From positions 37,222-101,221 of the forward strand of contig JAPLDX010000090.1 of NCBI GenBank assembly GCA_026391215.1: a stretch of DNA of 64,000 nucleotides, in the 5' to 3' direction. This DNA is from Bacteroidia bacterium (GTDB lineage: Bacteria; Bacteroidota; Bacteroidia; Bacteroidales; VadinHA17). This document shows, piece by piece, positions 1 to 8,621 of the stretch (positions within the stretch are counted from its first letter, which is position 1; the number at the start of each line of letters is the position of its first letter). Both the position numbers and the translations under genes were made by a program. The notes beneath the pieces are model-generated. The model did no database searches, was not told the DNA's origin, and was given only the letters and a program-made list of their open reading frames with translations.

Positions 1-535
1 CAAATTGTACAGCAATTTTCCCTGTCAGGAACGGATCTTCACCATAGGTTTCCTGCCCTCTTCCCCAGCGTGGATCCCTGAAAAGATTAATATTAGGAGA
101 CCAGAACGTCAGACCCTGGTAAATCCTTCTGGAATTATTCCTTACAAATTCATGATGCTTGGCTCGGGCTTCATCTGAAATAGCAGTGGCTACTCTGAAT
201 ATCAGGTCCTCATCCCATGTAGCGCCCAGTCCAATTGCCTGGGGAAACACTGTTGCCACTCCTGCTCTTGCAACACCATGGAGGCATTCATTCCACCAGT
301 TATAAGCCGGGATGCCCAGTCTTTCTATTGCAGGCGCCGAGTTCATCATCTGGCCGATCTTTTCATCAACCGTCAATCTGCTAACCAGATCATTTACACG
401 TACTTCTATCGACAAATCTGGATTCTGAAAAGGAAGCTCCCAGGTTTGCTGAGCTTTAGCAATCTGGCTGATACAAACCAGTATAAGCAGAGCTATAAGA
501 ACTCTCTTAAGGATCAATTTAATGTTTATCTTCAT
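1..535 (-). CDS. GH3 beta-xylosidase/beta-glucosidase, N-terminal part (runs off window start)
   Basis: Absent from the ORF track; translated by hand from ATG at 535: MKINIKLILKRVLIALLILVCISQIAKAQ (signal peptide)...RLGIPAYNWWNECLHGVARAG.ATVFPQAIGLGATWD...GLTFWSPNINLFRDPRWGRGQETYGEDP, typical GH3 motifs. Confidence 0.93.
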   Translation of the reverse strand, partial: MKINIKLILKRVLIALLILVCISQIAKAQQTWELPFQNPDLSIEVRVNDLVSRLTVDEKIGQMMNSAPAIERLGIPAYNWWNECLHGVARAGVATVFPQAIGLGATWDEDLIFRVATAISDEARAKHHEFVRNNSRRIYQGLTFWSPNINLFRDPRWGRGQETYGEDPFLTGKIAVQF

Positions 536-594
536 GGCGATATTAATGAGGTTTTCTTATTTTTATACCGTTAAGCCGTTGAACCTTTGTGCCG

Positions 595-1296
595 TTATGC
601 CTTGCTTCTCCTATAAATACAGTCTTTCATATCGCAAAGGCTGCAGGTATAAGGGTGTCTTTTTACATTCTTGCCTATACCGATAATTCCGCTGATTGAT
701 TTCATCGGATACATCAGTGCTGAAGACGATAATTTTATTTCGCAAAAGTTATCCGTCAACAGCTGAAACAGTTTATGCTGTTCAGCAACAAGCCAGCCGC
801 AGTATCCCGGGCTGAACCTGTTAGTGATCCCTTTACCCAGGGCGTTTATTTCTCTTTCAAGCTGGTCCTGCATAAGATCTGCAGCTGCCTCAACAGCCTC
901 ACTACCAACAACATCATAGATATAACCTCTCAGCAGATCCCCTTCCTTCATCGATTTCTTACTCCTGGCTCCGATCTCCTCTCCTGCCGTACATAAAAAC
1001 AAAGCTGCTGAATCCGATTTCTTAATCTGGCTGTAAATGATCTTTTTTATTTGGAAGACCAGGCCGTTTATAGTCACAGTTTTTTCGGCTTCGTCAAATG
1101 CAATATCATCAAAAAACCTGTATTCTGCTTTCATTGTACAGATCTCCTCTGCTTCTTTCAGAACCTCTGAAACAAGTTCAGAAATAGTCTCCTGTGACTC
1201 TCCTTCCTTATAACCCATGACACTTTCAACCTGGGAAACAGCGAGTTTCAGATCCTTAAAGTCAAATTGAAAAGTTGATCCGGTCATTAATTCCAT
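595..1296 (-). CDS. Stand-alone AdoMet-dependent reactivation domain of B12-dependent methionine synthase (Met_synt_B12 type)
   Basis: RFSPGYCGW, MYPMKSISGIIGIG and C-terminal CSLCDMKDCIYRR motifs; lies in a corrinoid operon. Confidence 0.88.
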   Translation of the reverse strand: MELMTGSTFQFDFKDLKLAVSQVESVMGYKEGESQETISELVSEVLKEAEEICTMKAEYRFFDDIAFDEAEKTVTINGLVFQIKKIIYSQIKKSDSAALFLCTAGEEIGARSKKSMKEGDLLRGYIYDVVGSEAVEAAADLMQDQLEREINALGKGITNRFSPGYCGWLVAEQHKLFQLLTDNFCEIKLSSSALMYPMKSISGIIGIGKNVKRHPYTCSLCDMKDCIYRRSKA

Positions 1297-1303
1297 TATT
1301 CAT

Positions 1304-1377
1304 CACCCCCCATCCCCCCTGAAGGGGGGCTAAAATGTACTGCTAATTAAGCCCCATTTAGGGGGTTTGGGGGTCAG
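1304..1377. repeat. GC-rich palindromic REP/MITE-like element, copy 1
   Basis: CCCCCCATCCCCCCTGAAGGGGGGCT...AGCCCCATTTAGGGGGTTTGGGGGTCAG: each arm is a small hairpin and the arms are inverted relative to each other; same layout and same GGGGGTCAG end as 8451-8610. Confidence 0.75.
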
Positions 1378-2809
1378 TTAATCCTGATTCTTTTACTATC
1401 CTTTCCACAACATCTTCCCAGCCCAGAGTCATAAGATGTATTCCATTTACTCCTTTCTTCCCTTTGAGTGATTCTATGATTTCCAGCACTATCTGTATTC
1501 CTTCCTCTGCTGCTCCGTCTCCTGCCTTCTCCATACGCTTCAGAACATTCTCCGGTAAAAAGACTCCCGGAACTTTGTCATGAAGGTATCTGGCCACATT
1601 ATAACTTTTCAAAGGTGCGATGCCAACCAATATGAAGACCTTTTTAAGCACATCTCTTTTATCCAGCTCTTCCATCCAATTGCTCAGCCTTGAAGGTTCA
1701 AAAATGATATTTGTCTGGAAGAACTGTGCGCCTGCATTGACTTTTTTATGATCTCTTATAGCTTGCAATTCAGGATCGGATGCAAATGGCGATGTTGCTG
1801 CGCCAAGAAAATACATGGGAGGATATTTTATATTTCTTCCATCAAGATAAATACCTTCATCTCTCATTTTCCTCAGTATCCATAGCATCTGGACAGAATC
1901 TATATCAAGAAGATTCATCTCTGCAGTTGGTGCCGGGCCAACTTTCGGGCTGTCGCCTGTTACGCACAGAATATTTTTCACTCCGAACTGGCTGGAACCT
2001 ATTACTGTGGACTGAAGCCCTATGCGGGTGGTATCGCGGGCAGCTATTTGCAGTACAGGTTCAACATGCAGGTCATTTGCCACCCTGCAGCATGCCAGGC
2101 TCGACATTTTAGGATTTGCTGAAGCAGCGTCAGTAAAATTAATAGCAGTTACATAAGGCCTTACAAGCTCAATATCCCTGATAAGTTTTCCTGAAGCTGC
2201 ACCCAGCGGAGGTATTACCTCCGTGGCAACTATAAATTCACCGTTCCTTAATTTTGTTTCCAGATTTGAAGCAGGTTCCTGATAAGAGGCAGGATGAAAA
2301 TCAGAATCCCCGGCCCACCATTCCGGCTGCCGGATAGTTTTGAAAACAGAATCCCAGGTCCTGTCGCTCTTTTCCTTGTCTCTTGATAAGTATCCACTCA
2401 GAAATGAAACAGTACCAACCTTTCTCACCTGGCGTATCACTTCTCCCCAGGTTTCAGTTCCGACCTTGTTATAGTCGAGAGGGGGTAATACCTCAAGAAG
2501 GGTTTCCTTGCGTCCTGTTTTCAGCGCTCTTTTATAAATGGCGTACCAGATGCAATCACGTGTCTCATCTACGTAACATTTTTTTTCAGGTGTTACTCCT
2601 CCGCAGGGTCCGTTTCTCAATCCTTTAGGACACTCCATCGGACAGATCATGGCTGTCTCCTGCAAGAGGCAATTTCCGCACATTCTGCAGCCAAAAACAG
2701 GTCCTTTGATAATTAGTTCTGTTTTGGCAAGGAGTCTTCGGCCGAATTTTTCCTTCTTAAAGGGATAAAAGGCAGGCTGCCATCTGCGGGAGGGTTTGAT
2801 ACCTGACAT
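1358..2809 (-). CDS. metF: Methylenetetrahydrofolate reductase with fused N-terminal MetV-like Cys-rich domain (MetV-MetF fusion)
   Basis: N-terminal CRMCGNC...CPMECPKGLRNGPCGG...C..C.W cluster; C-terminal MTHFR barrel with ATEVIPP, AINFTD, NILCVTGD, KKVNAGAQFFQTN, GIHLM. Confidence 0.88.
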   Translation of the reverse strand: MSGIKPSRRWQPAFYPFKKEKFGRRLLAKTELIIKGPVFGCRMCGNCLLQETAMICPMECPKGLRNGPCGGVTPEKKCYVDETRDCIWYAIYKRALKTGRKETLLEVLPPLDYNKVGTETWGEVIRQVRKVGTVSFLSGYLSRDKEKSDRTWDSVFKTIRQPEWWAGDSDFHPASYQEPASNLETKLRNGEFIVATEVIPPLGAASGKLIRDIELVRPYVTAINFTDAASANPKMSSLACCRVANDLHVEPVLQIAARDTTRIGLQSTVIGSSQFGVKNILCVTGDSPKVGPAPTAEMNLLDIDSVQMLWILRKMRDEGIYLDGRNIKYPPMYFLGAATSPFASDPELQAIRDHKKVNAGAQFFQTNIIFEPSRLSNWMEELDKRDVLKKVFILVGIAPLKSYNVARYLHDKVPGVFLPENVLKRMEKAGDGAAEEGIQIVLEIIESLKGKKGVNGIHLMTLGWEDVVERIVKESGLTDPQTP

Positions 2810-3648
2810 TATTGCCGGCTCTGGAAATATTCAACAAATCTTACTGCATAGTCATCCCTCCCAAGGACCAGGTCTGTAGCACGTACCATAGCAGTTATTT
2901 TTTCGGGATTGGCGATGGGACATGTCAGCCCGTTATAGATTGACAGAGCCATATATGATGCATTCAATGTCTCCCTGTCGGGTAATCCGAAAGAAATATT
3001 GCTGGCGCCCTGGGTAATATTATGGCCCAGCTTCTGATGCACAAGCCTCATTGTTTCCAGGGTTACCATGCAGGCTTTCTGATCAGCGCTTACTGCCATA
3101 GCCAGAGGGTCAATAATAACATCCTCTGCTTTAATCCCGGCTTTTATAGCTCGTTCAATTATTTTTTCCGCAACTGCTACTCTTTTTACCGGGTCATTCG
3201 TGATTCCTTCCTCGTCCATGCATAATCCTATAATTGCAGCACCATACTCCTTTGCTACCGGCAGAAGAGCTTTCATTGAAGCCTCTTCACCGTTTACTGA
3301 ATTTATAAGACATTTGCCCTCTGCTGCTTTTAGAGCAGCCTCTATGGCTTTTGGATTCGGTGAATCCAGACACAGGGGAACTTCAAATTTATCCTGAAGC
3401 CTTTTTACGGTTTCCGCAAGCAGCTTCACATCATCCACACCGGGAAATCCGACATTCACATCAAGCACATCAGCACCTGCTTTAATCTGACATTCTGCAA
3501 GTTCGAGAACATATTCAAAATTTCCTTCCAGGAGGGTGGAAACCAGCTTTTTCCTCCTGGTTGGATTTATGGATTCACCTATGATAATGACAGGGCCGCT
3601 GGTATCAATTATAACTTCCTTGTACCTCCCCTTAAGAATTGTTTTCAT
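2809..3648 (-). CDS. Pterin-binding methyltetrahydrofolate:corrinoid methyltransferase (MetH pterin domain / AcsE-like)
   Basis: IIGESINPTRRK, GADVLDVNVG, LCLDS, INSVNGE, IIDPL, GASNISFGLP motifs. Confidence 0.9.
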   Translation of the reverse strand: MKTILKGRYKEVIIDTSGPVIIIGESINPTRRKKLVSTLLEGNFEYVLELAECQIKAGADVLDVNVGFPGVDDVKLLAETVKRLQDKFEVPLCLDSPNPKAIEAALKAAEGKCLINSVNGEEASMKALLPVAKEYGAAIIGLCMDEEGITNDPVKRVAVAEKIIERAIKAGIKAEDVIIDPLAMAVSADQKACMVTLETMRLVHQKLGHNITQGASNISFGLPDRETLNASYMALSIYNGLTCPIANPEKITAMVRATDLVLGRDDYAVRFVEYFQSRQ

Positions 3649-3664
3649 TTCGCGTATTTTCCAG

Positions 3665-4333
3665 CTAAGATACTATTTGGTTCAAATAATTTACTGCTCC
3701 CTGCGGGTCGGGAGAATAATAATCTGCTCCTATTTTTTCACAATATTCCTTAGTGACAGGTGCACCACCAACGAGAATTTTAATGCCGGATTTTTTTTCA
3801 CGGATAGCCGTGACGGTTTTCTTCATGTTTTCCATGGTTGTGGTAAGCAAGGCTGAGAGACCTATTACTGCTCCGGGATTTTCATCAATGGCTTTAATGA
3901 ACTTATCTGTCCCTACATCCACTCCAAGGTCTATCACTTCCCATCCTCCTCCCTCGATCATCATAGCCACAAGGTTTTTACCTATATCGTGCAGGTCACC
4001 TGCTACGGTACCGATAATAAATTTCCCTTTCCTCTTGGCTTCTCCTGACTGGAAAAATGGTTTAAGATGTTTCATAGCGCTGCTCATAGATTTAGCTGCC
4101 ATTAACATCTGGGGCACATAAATTTCCTTCCTGCTGAATTTGTCCCCGACAATTGCCATTGCAGGAATCAACGCCTTTTCAAGAATATCACCAGGCTTCA
4201 TTCCATCGTCGATGGCCTTCCTTGTCAGTTCATCGGCTCCATCCTGGCCTTTCATATCTGGTGGATAAGGAGATGCTTTATCTATTTTACCAAATTCAAC
4301 ACAACTGGAAATCTTACTTAAAATATCATCCAT
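3665..4333 (-). CDS. Corrinoid (B12-binding) protein, MtbC/MttC-like
   Basis: Cap domain plus GTVAGDLHDIGKNLV (DxHxxG), SALLTTTM and VGGAPVT motifs. Confidence 0.93.
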   Translation of the reverse strand: MDDILSKISSCVEFGKIDKASPYPPDMKGQDGADELTRKAIDDGMKPGDILEKALIPAMAIVGDKFSRKEIYVPQMLMAAKSMSSAMKHLKPFFQSGEAKRKGKFIIGTVAGDLHDIGKNLVAMMIEGGGWEVIDLGVDVGTDKFIKAIDENPGAVIGLSALLTTTMENMKKTVTAIREKKSGIKILVGGAPVTKEYCEKIGADYYSPDPQGAVNYLNQIVS

Positions 4334-4398
4334 AGATTATCTGTATTTGAAAAAGACAAAATTATGATAATAGATCAGTGTTTACTTTGATTCTGTAT

Positions 4399-4406
4399 CA
4401 AATTTA
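4399..4406 (-). promoter_or_regulatory. Bacteroidota housekeeping -7 promoter motif (TAAATTTG) for the corrinoid operon
   Basis: Matches TAnnTTTG about 65 nt upstream of the start at 4333; an alternative TAATTTTG lies at 4357-4364. Confidence 0.45.
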
Positions 4407-4421
4407 GTAATTAATTTAATT

Positions 4422-4437
4422 TTGCAACCGATTGCAA
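4422..4437. promoter_or_regulatory. LacI/GalR-family operator-like palindrome TTGCAACCGATTGCAA
   Basis: Fits the TGnAAnCGnTTnCA consensus with central CG; lies in the divergent intergenic region and overlaps a + strand TAATTTTG (4417-4424). Confidence 0.65.
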
Positions 4438-4522
4438 TTATTTTTTTAAGATTTTTATACTGTAAGTTGATTATCTTTATTACAATAGCATATATTTTAC
4501 AAAAGGGTAAATTCTGTTATAT

Positions 4523-6046
4523 ATGAAATACTTTGTGATTTTGGCTTTAAGCTGTTTCTTCAGCCTTGCTTCCGCTCAGAACATGGATACAGGAATCTTT
4601 CAGAACAGTAAAGATATCGGGAATCCTAAGAATCCCGGTTCTGCACTCTATGATGCAGCAGACCAAACCTATACCCTGAAAGGTTCAGGCTATAACATAT
4701 GGTTTGAGAGAGATGAATTCCACTTCCTCTATAATGAAATAAAAGGGGACTTTATCATGACTGCCAATTTTAAATTTACAGGCGATGGCAGTAACCCACA
4801 CAGAAAGACCGGATGGATGCTGCGTGCATCGACAAATGATGATTCGCCGCATATCTCGGCCGTCCTTCATGGTGACGGTCTGACAGTGATGCAATGGAGA
4901 GACTTCGCCGGAGCTCCAATGAAAGATCCCGAAGACGAGGTGTTTGCAAAAGGATCCGGCTATGAAATCATCCAGATAGAACGTGCCGGCAAGATTATTT
5001 TCATGAGGGCAGCACACCAGGGAGAGCCACTTGAAACAATCGGATCATACGAAATGATGAACCTTCCTGATGAGATTATAGCAGGACCTTTCATCTGCTC
5101 CCATGATTCTGATATTGTTGAAGAAGCAACTATATGGAACGTCCGCATTGATAAACCTGTCGGAGATAACCTTAATCCCGGCAGAGAAGGTTCTTCCGGA
5201 TGTCGTCTTGAAACGATGGATGTCTTTGACGGCAAGAGAACTATTATATTTGAGAAGGCAGGCAGGTTTGAAGCTCCAAACTGGATGCCCGATGGCAAAA
5301 AGCTCCTTTTTAATATGGATGGACTGCTGTATAAAATACCGGTGACCGGAGGAGAAATTGAAAAGCTAAATACTGGTTTTGCCGACAGGAACAATAATGA
5401 TCATGGCATTTCATTCAATGGTAAATTACTGGCTATCAGTCATCAGCGCGAAGGTTTGCCAGGAGGTGGCTCAACAGTTTATGTTCTTCCGCTTAAGGGA
5501 GGCACTCCCCGCATGGTAACTGAAAACACTCCCTCATACTGGCATGGATGGGCACCAAATAATAAAGAGGTGGTATATGTTGCCCAGCGGAATGGTAAAA
5601 ATATCTATAACATTTACAGGAATTCAATAAAGGGAGGCAAAGAGGTTGCTCTTACCGACATCGGGCCCGGTGAGCATGTGGATGGATGTGAATATTCTCC
5701 TGACGGTAAATATATTTATTATAATGGCAGCCATACCGGGAACATGCAGATCTGGCGCATGAAACCTGACGGTACGGGCAGAGAACAGCTTACTTTCGAT
5801 GAATATAGAAACTGGTTCCCCCATATTTCAACCGATGGCAAATGGATAGCTTTCATTTCATTCCCTCCTGATATAGAAAAAAACAGCCACCCTTCGTACA
5901 AACGGGTCATGCTCAGGCTGATGCCTGTGACAGGAGGTCAGCCAAAGGTTATTGCATATCTTTACGGCGGACAGGGAACAATTAACGTTCCCTCCTGGTC
6001 CCCCGACAGCAGACATATTGCATTTGTCAGTAATTCAGGGAAATAG
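4523..6046 (+). CDS. Secreted TolB-like PD40 beta-propeller protein with N-terminal beta-sandwich domain
   Basis: Signal peptide; FEAPNWMPDG, YWHGWAPN, EYSPDGKYIY, WFPHISTDGKW, NVPSWSPDS repeats. Confidence 0.85.
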   Translation: MKYFVILALSCFFSLASAQNMDTGIFQNSKDIGNPKNPGSALYDAADQTYTLKGSGYNIWFERDEFHFLYNEIKGDFIMTANFKFTGDGSNPHRKTGWMLRASTNDDSPHISAVLHGDGLTVMQWRDFAGAPMKDPEDEVFAKGSGYEIIQIERAGKIIFMRAAHQGEPLETIGSYEMMNLPDEIIAGPFICSHDSDIVEEATIWNVRIDKPVGDNLNPGREGSSGCRLETMDVFDGKRTIIFEKAGRFEAPNWMPDGKKLLFNMDGLLYKIPVTGGEIEKLNTGFADRNNNDHGISFNGKLLAISHQREGLPGGGSTVYVLPLKGGTPRMVTENTPSYWHGWAPNNKEVVYVAQRNGKNIYNIYRNSIKGGKEVALTDIGPGEHVDGCEYSPDGKYIYYNGSHTGNMQIWRMKPDGTGREQLTFDEYRNWFPHISTDGKWIAFISFPPDIEKNSHPSYKRVMLRLMPVTGGQPKVIAYLYGGQGTINVPSWSPDSRHIAFVSNSGK

Positions 6047-6120
6047 ACAGCAGATAATCATATATTGAATAAAAACTTCGTGAATATAAAAAAAGAATTT
6101 ACTTTGCTTCGGGTAAACTA

Positions 6121-6843
6121 TTGCTAATGATATTCTCAGGTCTCTATACAATTCTTACAGTACCCGTTTACGGAATACTATATGTCTTTACTGCATTAGG
6201 GGTCCTTATGGCCATGTTTTTATCGATAATAAATGCCAAAAGACCGGTATTCTTCCTGTCACGGATATGGGCCAAATCGGTATTTCTCCTTATGGGAAAA
6301 TCCATACATGTCACCGGCAGGGAGAATATAAATAAAAAAGATAAATACATACTGATAGCAAATCATGCCAGCCTTTTTGATATAGTGGCAATTATGTCAG
6401 TTTACCCTGAGGTTTCATGGTTCGGACATGAACGTCTTTTAAAGGTACCGGTATTAAGCAGTTTCCTGAAAATGACAGATTATGTTCCATTCAGGGATCC
6501 AACGGTCACAAACACACGCCATATGCTTGAACAGCTGATGGATAGAGCAAACAACAGGTCGGTGGCTTTGTTCCCGGAAGGCACAAGAACTACAAGTGGC
6601 AAGATCAATCCATTTTTCAGAGGCTTTATTTACTTATTCCGGTCCAGGGAAATAGGCCTATTGCCTGTCACTCTAAATGGTTTTTATGATTTCAAGCCAA
6701 AAACAAGGTTCTACATCAATTTCGGGAAAAGGCTTGAAGTGATAATCCATAAACCTATACCAAGGGAAGATCTTATAGATAAAGATGACAACGAGATAGT
6801 TGAAACAGTTAAAACTGTAATAGAATCAGCATATCATAAATGA
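6121..6843 (+). CDS. plsC: Lysophospholipid acyltransferase (1-acyl-sn-glycerol-3-phosphate acyltransferase-like)
   Basis: ANHASLFD (NHx4D) and FPEGTRT motifs; N-terminal TM segment. Confidence 0.85.
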   Translation: MLMIFSGLYTILTVPVYGILYVFTALGVLMAMFLSIINAKRPVFFLSRIWAKSVFLLMGKSIHVTGRENINKKDKYILIANHASLFDIVAIMSVYPEVSWFGHERLLKVPVLSSFLKMTDYVPFRDPTVTNTRHMLEQLMDRANNRSVALFPEGTRTTSGKINPFFRGFIYLFRSREIGLLPVTLNGFYDFKPKTRFYINFGKRLEVIIHKPIPREDLIDKDDNEIVETVKTVIESAYHK

Positions 6844-7790
6844 AAGAATCAAAACAAATGGCAGAAGAAAAAAAAGAAAAGTGGGTTTTTATAGTTAATC
6901 CGATAGCGGGAAATGGATTTGCTTTATCCTTCGTTCCTGTAATAGAGAAGAAGATAAAGGAATTTAATATTGACGCGGAAATCCTCATGACAGAAAGGCC
7001 GGGGCATGCTTCAGAGCTTTCAAAGAGTTCCGCAGAAAAAGGTGCCAGGTATATTATCGGGGTTGGCGGCGATGGAACGATTAATGAAATCGCCAGGCCT
7101 CTTATAAATAATAAGGAAGTTATCGTCGGTATTGTTCCGGCCGGAACTGGCAATGATTATGGGCAGATACCCGGATTCCCAAACCGGTTCAATGATAATG
7201 ACTGGGAGATATTTTTCAGGAAAAACATTATCTCCCAGGATGTGGGAATCGTAAATGGCACAATTTTTCTGAACGGACTGGGAATTGGCTTTGATGCCGA
7301 AGTTGCAGCCCAGAACTATACCGAAGGAGGTAAAGTCAAAAAAGGAGGGGGTGATAAATACATCTGGCATATTGTGAAAACACTTCTGCTTTTCAGGGAA
7401 AAAAGGATGTTAGTCATAAGCAACGGGGAACGTCATGAAACCGAATGCTTTATGAATACAATTTCTATCGGAAGACGGTTTGCCGGCAGCTTTTTTTTAA
7501 CCCCAAAAGCAATAGCCAATGATGGCTTGCTGGATGTCTGCTCAATTAAAAAATTAAATCTTTTTCACAGGTTCAGACTATTGCTGATGGTCCCGAAGGG
7601 CAATCATATTACTGACAAAAGGGTTAATTATTTTCAAACTTCATCCATTGACCTTGAATTCCCCAAAGAGGTCCCATATCATGTTGATGGTGAAATGTAT
7701 TATGCCAGAATATTCAAAATCAGGATTATCAAGGGAGGACTTAATATAATTTACAATCCTGACGGCAACCATTTCTTTAAAAGGACCTGA
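6840..7790 (+). CDS. Diacylglycerol/lipid kinase family protein (DagK/YegS)
   Basis: IVNPIAG, GGDGTINE, PAGTGND, GIGFDA and VDGE motifs. Confidence 0.9.
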   Translation: MKESKQMAEEKKEKWVFIVNPIAGNGFALSFVPVIEKKIKEFNIDAEILMTERPGHASELSKSSAEKGARYIIGVGGDGTINEIARPLINNKEVIVGIVPAGTGNDYGQIPGFPNRFNDNDWEIFFRKNIISQDVGIVNGTIFLNGLGIGFDAEVAAQNYTEGGKVKKGGGDKYIWHIVKTLLLFREKRMLVISNGERHETECFMNTISIGRRFAGSFFLTPKAIANDGLLDVCSIKKLNLFHRFRLLLMVPKGNHITDKRVNYFQTSSIDLEFPKEVPYHVDGEMYYARIFKIRIIKGGLNIIYNPDGNHFFKRT

Positions 7791-7791
7791 T

Positions 7792-8448
7792 GTGAACAGC
7801 TATATTGCTTTCTTTGACATGGACCGGACCATAACAAAAGCGGTCAGCGGCAATGTGCTTGCATTGACTGCATACAGGAAAGGGCTGATGTCAAATTCTG
7901 ACATGCTTTATGCTATATGGCTTCTGTTAGGTTATAAGTTATCCTTTAAGGATCCTCAAAAGATAATATATGAGATGGCTGGATGGGTTAAGGGCATTCC
8001 CGAAAAGACATTGAATGACCTTTCTGTTGAAATCACACATAAAACTCTCCTGCCTGCTGTATATCCTGATGCTATTTCCGAAATCAGAATGCACTCTGAA
8101 AATAAGGCAAGGACAGTAATCCTTTCATCCTCTCCTGCTCCTGTCTGCCGTGAAATGTCAAAAGCACTGGGCATTGATGATTTCGTTTGTTCTGAACTTG
8201 AAGTAGCAGACGGTGTTCTTACGGGACGCTCCCTGAGACCTCTCTGTTTCGGCTCCGAAAAAGTCATCAGGATGAAAGAGTATTGTGAAATAAATAACAC
8301 TGATCCCGGCAAGTGCTGGTACTATGGAGATTCAATAGCCGATTTCCCGGCTCTATCTGTAGTCGGCCATCCGGTTTGTGTCAATCCCGACAGGAAACTG
8401 CTTATAAAAGCCAGGGAGAACAGATGGAAAATATGTTACTGGGAGTAA
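7792..8448 (+). CDS. HAD-IB family hydrolase (phosphoserine phosphatase-like, possibly lipid phosphatase)
   Basis: FFDMDRT motif I, YGDSIAD motif IV, VNPDRKL. Confidence 0.85.
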   Translation: MNSYIAFFDMDRTITKAVSGNVLALTAYRKGLMSNSDMLYAIWLLLGYKLSFKDPQKIIYEMAGWVKGIPEKTLNDLSVEITHKTLLPAVYPDAISEIRMHSENKARTVILSSSPAPVCREMSKALGIDDFVCSELEVADGVLTGRSLRPLCFGSEKVIRMKEYCEINNTDPGKCWYYGDSIADFPALSVVGHPVCVNPDRKLLIKARENRWKICYWE

Positions 8449-8450
8449 AT

Positions 8451-8610
8451 ACCCCCGGTCACACTAAAGTGTGACCTGCCCCCTAAAGGGGGCTTAATCT
8501 CTTGTATTACAGTGTATTAGATAATGGTTTATAGCCCCCCTGTAGGGGGGTCGGGTGGGTCGGGCTCAGGTGGGATTGGGGGGTCGGGCTCAGGTGGGAT
8601 TGGGGGTCAG
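8451..8610. repeat. GC-rich palindromic REP/MITE-like element, copy 2, with nested hairpin and 24-bp tandem duplication
   Basis: CCCCCTAAAGGGGGCTT...AGCCCCCCTGTAGGGGGG arms; GGTCACACT-AA-AGTGTGACC hairpin at 8457-8476; GGGTCGGGCTCAGGTGGGATTGGG twice (8557-8580, 8581-8604); ends GGGGGTCAG. Confidence 0.78.
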
Positions 8611-8621
8611 ACGAAATTGAT

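Noticed and set aside
278-574. 98-aa + strand ORF
   Set aside because: Antisense shadow of the GH3 gene on the - strand, which has clear family motifs
3665-4400. Cobalamin or SAM riboswitch upstream of the corrinoid operon
   Set aside because: The leader is short and AT-rich with no recognisable B12-box or SAM-I core
8557-8604. 24-bp direct repeat as a mini-CRISPR or att site
   Set aside because: Only two abutting copies with no spacer and no integrase; treated as a duplication inside the palindromic element
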